Virus record (IMG/VR): IMGVR_UViG_3300035493_000006
Span: 1 to 43,670 of that record
Direction: 5' to 3' (one strand)
Length of the DNA: 43,670 nucleotides
Origin: a virus
Lineage: Duplodnaviria; Caudoviricetes
A program made the translations under genes and the position numbers. Shown here piece by piece: positions 7,284-14,725 of this stretch. The notes below the pieces were generated by a model. That model saw nothing but the letters and a program-made list of their open reading frames with translations, was not told the DNA's origin and ran no database searches. Numbering within the stretch: position 1 is the first letter of the stretch; each line of letters opens with the position of its first letter.

Positions 7284-8453
7284 ATGTGGCTATTAGAATC
7301 CGCCGTCCGGAAGGCTTTAGAGCAGGCCCAGAAAGCCGGCGTTACGCCTTCGGTCGAGCAGCAGCAACAATTCGAAGCGAGTCGATATAGCGCAGAGCAG
7401 GCTATCGGCTCCCGTATTTTAACCCTGGCGGGACGTAGCGCCGAGGTATCTATTAGGGGTGTAATTACGAAAACGCCTAGTTTTCTGGCTATGCTTTTCG
7501 GCGGCGGTAACACTACCTACCCGGAAATTATCGCGGCCCTGGCAGAAGCGGAGCGCGACGATAACGTCGAGGATATTACGCTCGCCATTGATAGCCCGGG
7601 GGGCCACTTCGACGGCCTATTCGATACCCTGGCCGCTATCCAGTCCACCAGCAAGCCGGTAAAAGCCGTTATTTCTAATCTCGGCGCGTCTGCAGCGTAC
7701 GCTATCGCCAGCCAGGCGGACGAGATTATCGCGTCTAACCGTGCGGCCCGTATCGGCTCCGTAGGCGTGGTCGCCACGTTCTACAATGACGAAAACGAAA
7801 TTAGCATTACCAGCACGAACGCGCCGAAGAAACGCCCGGACATTACCACGGAAGAAGGTAAGGCCATGGTCCGGGAAGAACTGGACGCCATGCACGAAAT
7901 TTTTGTCGACGCTATCGCCGAGGGCCGTAGCGCGACCGTAGAAAAAGTTAACGCCGAGTTCGGCCAGGGTGCTACACTACTGGCCGGCGAGGCTTTAAAG
8001 CGTGGTATGATTGACGCTATAGCAGAACCAACGCTTAAGGCCGTTAAGAGTACCAAATCAACAACCACCGCCCGCAGCGGCGGGAATAATCCGGAGATAG
8101 GACCTATGGACCTCAAAATTCTAAAGGCCCAGCATCCCGACGTATACGCGGCGGCGGTGCAAGAGGGCGCAGACCAGGAACGCGACCGCGTTACCGCTCA
8201 TTTGATTATGGGCGAGAAATCGGGCGCAATGGAAACAGCCAGTAAGGCTATTAAAGACGGCGAGCCTATGACGGCTACGCTACAGGCTACCTACTTAACT
8301 GCGGGTATGAACCGTAGCGACGTTAGCACCCGTCAGGAAGAAGATGCAGCAGCAAGCGCAGCGGATAACGCTAACGCAAGCGATAACGGCGCGGACGCTT
8401 CCGATAACGTGGCTAGCCTGGTCGAAGCTCGACTCGGCGTAACAGGGGAGTAA
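7284..8453 (+). CDS. Prohead protease, S49/SppA family (lambda gpC-like) with C-terminal scaffold
   Basis: IDSPGG, ASAAYAIAS and IGSVGV motifs; low-complexity C-terminal third. Confidence 0.93.
   Translation: MWLLESAVRKALEQAQKAGVTPSVEQQQQFEASRYSAEQAIGSRILTLAGRSAEVSIRGVITKTPSFLAMLFGGGNTTYPEIIAALAEAERDDNVEDITLAIDSPGGHFDGLFDTLAAIQSTSKPVKAVISNLGASAAYAIASQADEIIASNRAARIGSVGVVATFYNDENEISITSTNAPKKRPDITTEEGKAMVREELDAMHEIFVDAIAEGRSATVEKVNAEFGQGATLLAGEALKRGMIDAIAEPTLKAVKSTKSTTTARSGGNNPEIGPMDLKILKAQHPDVYAAAVQEGADQERDRVTAHLIMGEKSGAMETASKAIKDGEPMTATLQATYLTAGMNRSDVSTRQEEDAAASAADNANASDNGADASDNVASLVEARLGVTGE
8106..8453 (+). CDS. Nested in-frame scaffold protein (Nu3-like)
   Basis: GGAG (8093-8096) precedes in-frame ATG 8106 (MDLKILKAQHPDVY) just after a flexible linker, as with lambda C/Nu3. 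Confidence 0.65.
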   Translation: MDLKILKAQHPDVYAAAVQEGADQERDRVTAHLIMGEKSGAMETASKAIKDGEPMTATLQATYLTAGMNRSDVSTRQEEDAAASAADNANASDNGADASDNVASLVEARLGVTGE

Positions 8454-8459
8454 TAGACC

Positions 8460-8861
8460 ATGGATAACTTGACTATTACTAACGTAGATATCGGTAACGT
8501 AATCCTGCAGGACGCGGACTTCCGCGACGAGCTGCTTACTTTTGGCGGCGCGGCTACGGTACTGGAAGGTACTATCCTGGCCCGCGATTCCGTATCGGGT
8601 AAACTGGTCCCGTTTGTTAAGGGCGGCGTTACTAACGAAAACGGAATCCCGAAAGCTATCGTAACGTATGACGTAGTGGCCGCCGGTGCTGGCGACGTCG
8701 CTATCCGTGCGGGCGTAGCCGGTAAGTACCGTAAAGAACGACTCGTTATCGACGCAGACGGCGACGCCTCTAACGTCGACGACGTAGTTATCGACCAGCT
8801 CCGCGACTATGGCCTCGTGGCTATTGACGTGCAAGAGCTGGGCATTCTTGATAATCAATAA
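8460..8861 (+). CDS. Head decoration protein (gpD-like)
   Basis: 133 aa between protease and capsid; GTILAR..SGKLVPF and terminal LRDYGL pattern. Confidence 0.8.
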   Translation: MDNLTITNVDIGNVILQDADFRDELLTFGGAATVLEGTILARDSVSGKLVPFVKGGVTNENGIPKAIVTYDVVAAGAGDVAIRAGVAGKYRKERLVIDADGDASNVDDVVIDQLRDYGLVAIDVQELGILDNQ

Positions 8862-8873
8862 GGAGCGCTAACC

Positions 8874-9971
8874 ATGAGCGGAAACACTACAAAGCGCATG
8901 ATTCGCGCTTATCAGCAGATGGCCCAGCCTATGCTATTTTTGTCGGGCCTGTTCCAAAGCCCGCCGGAAAATTTCCATACCTCGGAAGAAGTCGAAATCG
9001 ATATCGTACGCAGCGACGAAGATATCTCTATCGTTATCCAGGACTTAAGTACCGGGTACCGTATGAACTCCGAGGACCTGTATACGAATAAGGGCTTTAA
9101 GCCGCCTATCCATAAGGAAGCGCTGCCTATCAATTCGTTCGACTTGCTTAAGCGTATGCCTGGGCAAAACCCGTTCCAGTCTCCGGACTTCCGCGCTAAC
9201 GTGATTCTCCGAATGTTTAACGGTATGACGAAAATCGAGCGTAAAATCCGACGTTCTATCGAGGTGCAGGCCTCCCAGGTATTGCAGACTGGCGTAGTAA
9301 CGCTTACCGATATTAACGGTAACGCATTGTATACGCTGGACTACAAGCCGAAGGCGTCGCACTTCCCGACGGCTGGCACTTCCTGGGCTACTGCTACGGG
9401 CGCGCAAAAACTGGCTGATATTAACAGCCTGGCAGAGCAAATCCGTAACGACGGCCTATCGGACCCCGACCAGCTTATTATGGGTATCGATGCGTTCGAG
9501 AACTTTATCTCCGATGCGGACGTACAGAAGCGTTTCGATATTCGTCGTATCGACCTGGGCACTATCTCGGCTATGGAAATGCGCGGTAACGGCGGCACCT
9601 TCCGAGGTATTGTCGAAATCGGTAACTACCGTTACGACGTGTGGACTTATGGCGGTCGCTATAAGGACCCGCAGACCGGTAATAAGGTCCAATTCGTCGA
9701 CCCAGGTAAGATTATCGTACGCGCTTCGTCTGGTCGTCTGGACGCTACCTTCGGCGCTATCCCGAATATCGGGTCGCTTATGGGCGGGCAGGCTTCCCAG
9801 TTGTTGCCAGAATTGCCTAGCCGCGTAAGTAACGCAGCGGGCGGTATGGACCTGTTTACGAACGCCTGGTTATCTGCAGATGGCGAGCAGTTGTTCGGCG
9901 GCGTCGGGGCTCGTCCTTTGATGATTCCGACCGCTATCGATACGTTCGGCTGCTTGGATACGCAGCTTTAA
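8874..9971 (+). CDS. Major capsid protein, lambda gpE family
   Basis: 365 aa; IRRSIEVQASQVLQTG motif and C-terminal ARPLMIP; strong RBS AAGGAG. Confidence 0.92.
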   Translation: MSGNTTKRMIRAYQQMAQPMLFLSGLFQSPPENFHTSEEVEIDIVRSDEDISIVIQDLSTGYRMNSEDLYTNKGFKPPIHKEALPINSFDLLKRMPGQNPFQSPDFRANVILRMFNGMTKIERKIRRSIEVQASQVLQTGVVTLTDINGNALYTLDYKPKASHFPTAGTSWATATGAQKLADINSLAEQIRNDGLSDPDQLIMGIDAFENFISDADVQKRFDIRRIDLGTISAMEMRGNGGTFRGIVEIGNYRYDVWTYGGRYKDPQTGNKVQFVDPGKIIVRASSGRLDATFGAIPNIGSLMGGQASQLLPELPSRVSNAAGGMDLFTNAWLSADGEQLFGGVGARPLMIPTAIDTFGCLDTQL

Positions 9972-9978
9972 GATTAAC

Positions 9979-9996
9979 GGCGCCCTTCGGGGCGCC
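9979..9996 (+). terminator. C(UUCG)G hairpin after the capsid gene (weak terminator or mRNA stabiliser)
   Basis: GGCGCCC-TTCG-GGGCGCC with no U-tract. Confidence 0.6.
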
Positions 9997-10018
9997 AATA
10001 ACCTAAGAGGGCGATAAA

Positions 10019-10444
10019 ATGCCAAGTAATGCAGAGTACACCAAACAGGCCGAGGAATTGGCCGAAGGCTTGGGCCTCGAAATCAGTACCGAAGGCCTGA
10101 ATAACGAAAAGCTGGCCGCGCTGGTTTCTGACCTGAAAGCGAAGAAAAAAGACGCGGATAACCAGGCAGCGGAAGAAGCCGCAGCTAAGGCAGCCGCCGA
10201 GCTGGAAGAAAAGGCGAAGGAAGACTCCGCCGCCGCAGCAATGAAAGCGAAGCAGGACGCGGAAAAAGCTAAGGCCGAAAAAGCCGCTAAAAAACCACCG
10301 TTTTACGTTATGCCTGGTAAAGCTATTACCAGTAAGCGCGGCGTATTGTCGGACGGCGACGAAATTAAAGTCGACGACCTGGCCGGCGGTAAAGAAGCGC
10401 TCGAAGCCTTCGTTAAGTCAGGCCACGTAGGTAAGGGCGAATAA
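10019..10444 (+). CDS. Ala/Lys/Glu-rich protein in the lambda gpFI position
   Basis: RBS GAGGG; coiled-coil centre; function inferred from synteny only. Confidence 0.6.
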   Translation: MPSNAEYTKQAEELAEGLGLEISTEGLNNEKLAALVSDLKAKKKDADNQAAEEAAAKAAAELEEKAKEDSAAAAMKAKQDAEKAKAEKAAKKPPFYVMPGKAITSKRGVLSDGDEIKVDDLAGGKEALEAFVKSGHVGKGE

Positions 10445-10824
10445 TGAGCCTACGCCAGCTAGCCGAAGCCGACCTCGGTGTTATCCTTGAGGATAGCGCT
10501 ACCGGTTTCGGCTGGCCTATTTCAGTTACGGACCCGGACGGGAACGTCGGGTCGCTTACGGGTTTCTCGGATGATATCGCGCAAGTTATCGACCCAGATA
10601 CCGGGCAGGCAGTATCCGGACGTTTAGCCAGCGCAGCAGTACGTATAAGTTCTTTAACTTCTGCGGGGCTAGGATTACCGCGCGGCATAGCGGACACAAG
10701 CGGGAAACCCTGGACCGTGGAATTTAACGATATAAACGGGAATGCGTATAAGTTCAAAGTATCGCAGTCTAACCCAGACAGGGCGCTAGGACTGGTAACG
10801 CTTCTATTGGAGCTATACCAATGA
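10444..10824 (+). CDS. Head closure / head-tail joining protein (gpFII-like)
   Basis: 126 aa beta-rich protein downstream of the capsid, translationally coupled (TAATG). Confidence 0.6.
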   Translation: MSLRQLAEADLGVILEDSATGFGWPISVTDPDGNVGSLTGFSDDIAQVIDPDTGQAVSGRLASAAVRISSLTSAGLGLPRGIADTSGKPWTVEFNDINGNAYKFKVSQSNPDRALGLVTLLLELYQ

Positions 10825-11408
10825 CGCTACCGGCGACTAGAGTGGAAGCTAAGGAACTTAAAGCGCCGTATTACTTTACTGGGGAGCCTTGTAAAAACGG
10901 CCATACCAGTAAGCGTAAGACTTCTAACTCGGGCTGCCATGAGTGCAAAAAGGTAACGGACGCCGCGAGGCGCCAAACGCCGGAATATAAAAATATGATG
11001 CGCGAGCTACAGGCTCGCCGTAGGGGAGATCCGGAAATAGTAGCTAAAGAAAGCATTGCACAAAGCGAACGTAGGAAAACAGAATCATACCGCGAGAAAG
11101 TAAGGCCGTTTAATCACGGATATAAACGAAGTAACCTGGCTAAATTTAATACTTATGACGCGAATCGTAGAGCGGCGAAAATAGAACGTACGCCGGGATG
11201 GCTGACCGAGGCAGATAACGCGGCTATAATGGCAATGTATGAGAAAGCGAGACAATTAACTAAAGAGACCGGGGTCGAACACCACGTCGACCATATTATC
11301 CCGCTACAGGGTTCTTTAGTTAGTGGTCTCCATGTTCCGGGTAATTTGCAGGTAATAACTGCGGCCGAGAACCTGGAAAAGAGTAATAGTTTTAGGGCGG
11401 TGGCATGA
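10821..11408 (+). CDS. Free-standing HNH homing endonuclease
   Basis: YFTGEPCKNGH...CHEC N-terminus and HHVDHIIPLQG..VSGLHVPGNLQVITAAENLEKSN; A-rich relative to neighbours. Confidence 0.9.
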   Translation: MTLPATRVEAKELKAPYYFTGEPCKNGHTSKRKTSNSGCHECKKVTDAARRQTPEYKNMMRELQARRRGDPEIVAKESIAQSERRKTESYREKVRPFNHGYKRSNLAKFNTYDANRRAAKIERTPGWLTEADNAAIMAMYEKARQLTKETGVEHHVDHIIPLQGSLVSGLHVPGNLQVITAAENLEKSNSFRAVA

Positions 11409-12067
11409 TTACTGAACTAATAGACAAGGTTGATTCGTTCGAGGCCGTCCGGGACGAAATCGCGGCTATTCTGGTTACGGAAGTCGCTAACCAGATGGCA
11501 TTAGCGACCGCCGGCGGGAAGGACCCGAACGACTGGAAGCTCCGCGTATACGCCGAACGCTCTAACCCCTGGGAAGCGCTGCTTAATGAGCAGACCGACC
11601 GCTCGCCAATTGTTAACGTGTGGTACGATAATTCTAATTTCGACCCACGCGCCAGCAATAGCGTAGAGCGCCAAAAAGCGGAAGCCGTTTTTAATATCGA
11701 CTGCTACGGTTACGGTATGAGCCAGGACGTAGTAGGCGGCGGTCATAAAGCCGGGGACCAGGAAGCAGCTATCGAAGTGCAGCGGGCTATACGCCTAGTT
11801 CGTAATATTTTAATGGCCGGAGAATATACTTACCTCGGGCTGCGCGGCCTCGTGTGGTCTCGCTGGCCGCAGTCGGTTACTATATTTCAGCCACAAATAG
11901 ACGCGCGCCAGATGCAGCAAATAGTAGGCGCTCGCCTTGCGTTTCGGGTAGTATTTAACGAATTCTCGCCGCAGGTGCAAGCGGAAACGCTCGAACTTGT
12001 TTCGGCGAAAGTAAGCAGGTCGGAGGACGGCGAAGTCGTCATTAATGCCGACTACGATTATACATAA
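11405..12067 (+). CDS. Tail terminator / neck protein
   Basis: 220 aa immediately before the sheath gene; synteny. Confidence 0.6.
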   Translation: MITELIDKVDSFEAVRDEIAAILVTEVANQMALATAGGKDPNDWKLRVYAERSNPWEALLNEQTDRSPIVNVWYDNSNFDPRASNSVERQKAEAVFNIDCYGYGMSQDVVGGGHKAGDQEAAIEVQRAIRLVRNILMAGEYTYLGLRGLVWSRWPQSVTIFQPQIDARQMQQIVGARLAFRVVFNEFSPQVQAETLELVSAKVSRSEDGEVVINADYDYT

Positions 12068-12088
12068 CGCCATATAGGAGAAATTACC

Positions 12089-13603
12089 ATGGCTATAAGT
12101 TCAGCGGTAGACGCCTCCGCAGTGGCGCGAGTAGTCGGAATTAAAACCGCCTTTAAAGACTTGCGCGGCGGCGGTATCTTGTTCCTCCCGCAGCGTATCG
12201 CGGTAGTGGGCCAGGGCAATACAGCCGCCACTTACGATACGACTAAGCGCCAGGTTACAAGCGCAGCAGAAGCGGCCAGCCTTTACGGCTTCGGCTCCCC
12301 TATCCACTTGGCATTACGCCAGCTTTTCCCGACCAACGGCGACGGCGTGGGCACTATTCCGGTAACGGTTTACCCGCTCGACGACGACGCTAGCGGCGTA
12401 GCTGCAGCGGGCGATATTACGCCGAGCGGCCCAGCGACCGGTACGGCTTCGTTTCGCGTCCGCGTTAATAATATCGACTCGGAAGACTTCGTCGTTAGTA
12501 GCGGCGATAGCGTGGCCGATATTATTACGGCCATGACCGCAGCTATTAACGCAGTCCTGGAAATGCCAGTTATTGCCACGGATGCCACGCCGGGTACGTC
12601 CACGGAAGTAGGCCTTACGGCTAAATGGAAGGGTACCAGCGGTAACGACCTGGTAGTCGAAGTAATCGCCACCAGCGAAGATAATAGCGGCGTTTCGTAT
12701 GCTATTACGCAGCCTACCGGCGGCCTCGTTAACCCAGATGTACAGACCGCGTTAGACCAGGTCGGTAACGTATGGGAAACTATGGTCCTTAACTGCCTGG
12801 ATATCGCAGATACTACCGCCCTCGATGCTTATAGCACTTTCGGCGAAGGTCGCTACGGCGCCCTGGTCCGTAAGCCTTTAGTAGTCTTTACAGGTAATAC
12901 CGCGACCACGGTAACCGCCGCGACGACTATCTCGGACGCCCGTAAAACGGACCGCGTTAACTCGCAGCTCGTGGCCCCTGGTTCCGATAATTTGCCGTTC
13001 GTGGTTGCCGCGCGCCAGTTAGCCCGTATCGCTAAAGTAGCGAACAATAACCCGCCGCAGGATTACGGCAGCCAGGCGGCTACCGGACTCGTAGCAGGCG
13101 ACGACGGCGACCAGTGGACCTACGCGGACCGCGACGCAGCCGTTAAGAAAGGTAGCTCGACCGTCGAGGTTAAGGACGGCGTCGTTAATATATCCGACGT
13201 TGTTACCTTCTACCACCCGAGCGGCGACCCTATCCCAGCGTATCGTTACGTAGTGGATATCGTTAAGCTGCAGAATATTATTTTTAACCTGGACCTTATC
13301 TTCGCTACTCCGGAATGGGACGGCGCGCCGTTAATCCCGGACGACCAGCCTACGGTTAACCGTAGCGCGAAGAAGCCGAAAGCCGCCGTAGCTGCAGTAT
13401 GCGCTATGCTGGATAGCCTGGGCCTTAACGCTATTATTAGCGCCCCAGAAACGGCGAAGGAAAACACGTTCGCGGCAATCAACGACCAGAACCCTAAGCG
13501 CCTGGACGTAGCTACGACCGTGCAATTAAGCGGGAATACGAATATTATATCCGTAGACCTTAACTTCGGCTTCTACTTCGGCCAGGCGACCGTAGTAGCG
13601 TAA
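12089..13603 (+). CDS. Contractile tail sheath protein (Mu gpL-like)
   Basis: 504 aa; AASLYGFGSPIH, LTAKWKGTSGN and NPKRLDV motifs. Confidence 0.92.
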   Translation: MAISSAVDASAVARVVGIKTAFKDLRGGGILFLPQRIAVVGQGNTAATYDTTKRQVTSAAEAASLYGFGSPIHLALRQLFPTNGDGVGTIPVTVYPLDDDASGVAAAGDITPSGPATGTASFRVRVNNIDSEDFVVSSGDSVADIITAMTAAINAVLEMPVIATDATPGTSTEVGLTAKWKGTSGNDLVVEVIATSEDNSGVSYAITQPTGGLVNPDVQTALDQVGNVWETMVLNCLDIADTTALDAYSTFGEGRYGALVRKPLVVFTGNTATTVTAATTISDARKTDRVNSQLVAPGSDNLPFVVAARQLARIAKVANNNPPQDYGSQAATGLVAGDDGDQWTYADRDAAVKKGSSTVEVKDGVVNISDVVTFYHPSGDPIPAYRYVVDIVKLQNIIFNLDLIFATPEWDGAPLIPDDQPTVNRSAKKPKAAVAAVCAMLDSLGLNAIISAPETAKENTFAAINDQNPKRLDVATTVQLSGNTNIISVDLNFGFYFGQATVVA

Positions 13604-13619
13604 TTGGGAGGGCCTTAAA

Positions 13620-14003
13620 ATGGCAGCAGTTGGCGGCTCTATTGAGTCAGTAACACTAGACGGCCGTATCTTTCCGGTAGCGGCCGATGCGGAAGCCCAG
13701 CGAAAGCTAGGCGGTTTCGAAAACGAAGTCCAGGCGAACGGCGACGGCACGGCGCGACTAATTAAGACGCGCGTACCTTTGTCTATCGACGGGCTTACCG
13801 TGGAAGTCGACGACGACCGGGGAGACCATGAGTTCCTACAGGAGCTTTCGAACCGTAACGACTTCTTCCCCGTGGCCATTACTTACGCCTCGGGAAGTAC
13901 GTACCAGGGTACGGCGCAAATCGTAGGGGGGACCCAGGCTAGCAGCCAGAACGCGACCGCGTCCGTATCTCTAATGGGTCCTGGCGTACTCACTAAGCAG
14001 TAG
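13620..14003 (+). CDS. Tail tube protein
   Basis: 127 aa directly after the sheath; Mu gpM-like size and position. Confidence 0.8.
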   Translation: MAAVGGSIESVTLDGRIFPVAADAEAQRKLGGFENEVQANGDGTARLIKTRVPLSIDGLTVEVDDDRGDHEFLQELSNRNDFFPVAITYASGSTYQGTAQIVGGTQASSQNATASVSLMGPGVLTKQ

Positions 14004-14011
14004 CCAGGCAT

Positions 14012-14097
14012 AAATAGGGCTTTGAGCTGCGCGGGCGCCCTATCCCTTCACCCGGTTAGCGCCGGGGCGCGGCACCACTTTTTAAGAAATAGGGCTT
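14012..14097 (+). ncRNA. Candidate cis-regulatory structured RNA upstream of the tail chaperone
   Basis: AAATAGGGCTT occurs twice (14012-14022, 14087-14097) with the complementary GCCCTAT (14037-14043) between them; stems 14026-32/14067-73 and 14051-55/14062-66. Confidence 0.5.
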
Positions 14098-14103
14098 AAG
14101 ATT

Positions 14104-14511
14104 ATGAGCGATAAAGTAGCGAAAGAAGTAGCCGAGCAGGAGTTCCAGCGTTTCGTAGATGCTATGGACCTGGACGTCGACCCGGCGGATATGGACGAAG
14201 ACGATAAAAAGGGCTTCCAGCAGCAGAAGGACCGCGTAATCGCGGCGATTCAATCCGGCGCCCTGGTCGTTAATGATAAAGGCGAGCCGGTCTATACGCC
14301 GCAGCGTACGAAGGACGCCGATACTATTACGTTCCACGAACCGACCGGCGCCTCGCTTATGGCTATGGACCGTAAGAAGAAAAGCGAAGATATCGGCAAG
14401 CTATACGCAGCCATGGGCGATATGACGGGGGCGCACCCTTCGACATTCGCTAAAATGAAAATGGCCGACCTTAAGGTCTGTATGGCGGTAACTACGCTTT
14501 TTTTGGGCTAG
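14104..14511 (+). CDS. Tail assembly chaperone (gpG-like)
   Basis: Between tube and tape measure; ends in a T7-G slippery run. Confidence 0.85.
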   Translation: MSDKVAKEVAEQEFQRFVDAMDLDVDPADMDEDDKKGFQQQKDRVIAAIQSGALVVNDKGEPVYTPQRTKDADTITFHEPTGASLMAMDRKKKSEDIGKLYAAMGDMTGAHPSTFAKMKMADLKVCMAVTTLFLG

Positions 14512-14723
14512 TTCGGACGCCCCTAGTACGTCGCGGCGCAGACGAAAAGCTCGCTAAAGGAGACCATACGTTCCAGCCTGTATATACTGAAATGTTATTG
14601 CAGGTATGCCGCGATTACCCCGGGCTACCGGATGCTCGAACGCTACGCGCGCACGAAATACGCTTTTTTTATGAAGGCCTGCGCGCGGAACTTAAAGAGC
14701 ATACGAAACCAAAATCGAGGTAA
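14502..14723 (+). CDS. -1 frameshift extension of the tail assembly chaperone (gpGT-like)
   Basis: CTT TTT TTG at 14497-14505. The -1 frame reads FGLVRTPLVRRG...EIRFFYEGLRAELKEHTKPKSR* and stops at 14723, just before the tape measure ATG at 14726. Confidence 0.85.
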   Translation, partial: FGLVRTPLVRRGADEKLAKGDHTFQPVYTEMLLQVCRDYPGLPDARTLRAHEIRFFYEGLRAELKEHTKPKSR

Positions 14724-14725
14724 TT

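Noticed and set aside
14012-14097. Known self-cleaving ribozyme (HDV-like or hammerhead)
   Set aside because: The helix order does not fit the HDV fold and the hammerhead CUGANGA/GAAA core is absent.
14664-14670. Second T7 run as another frameshift site
   Set aside because: It lies within the -1 extension, reads as Phe-Phe-Tyr, and that frame already ends next to the tape measure start.
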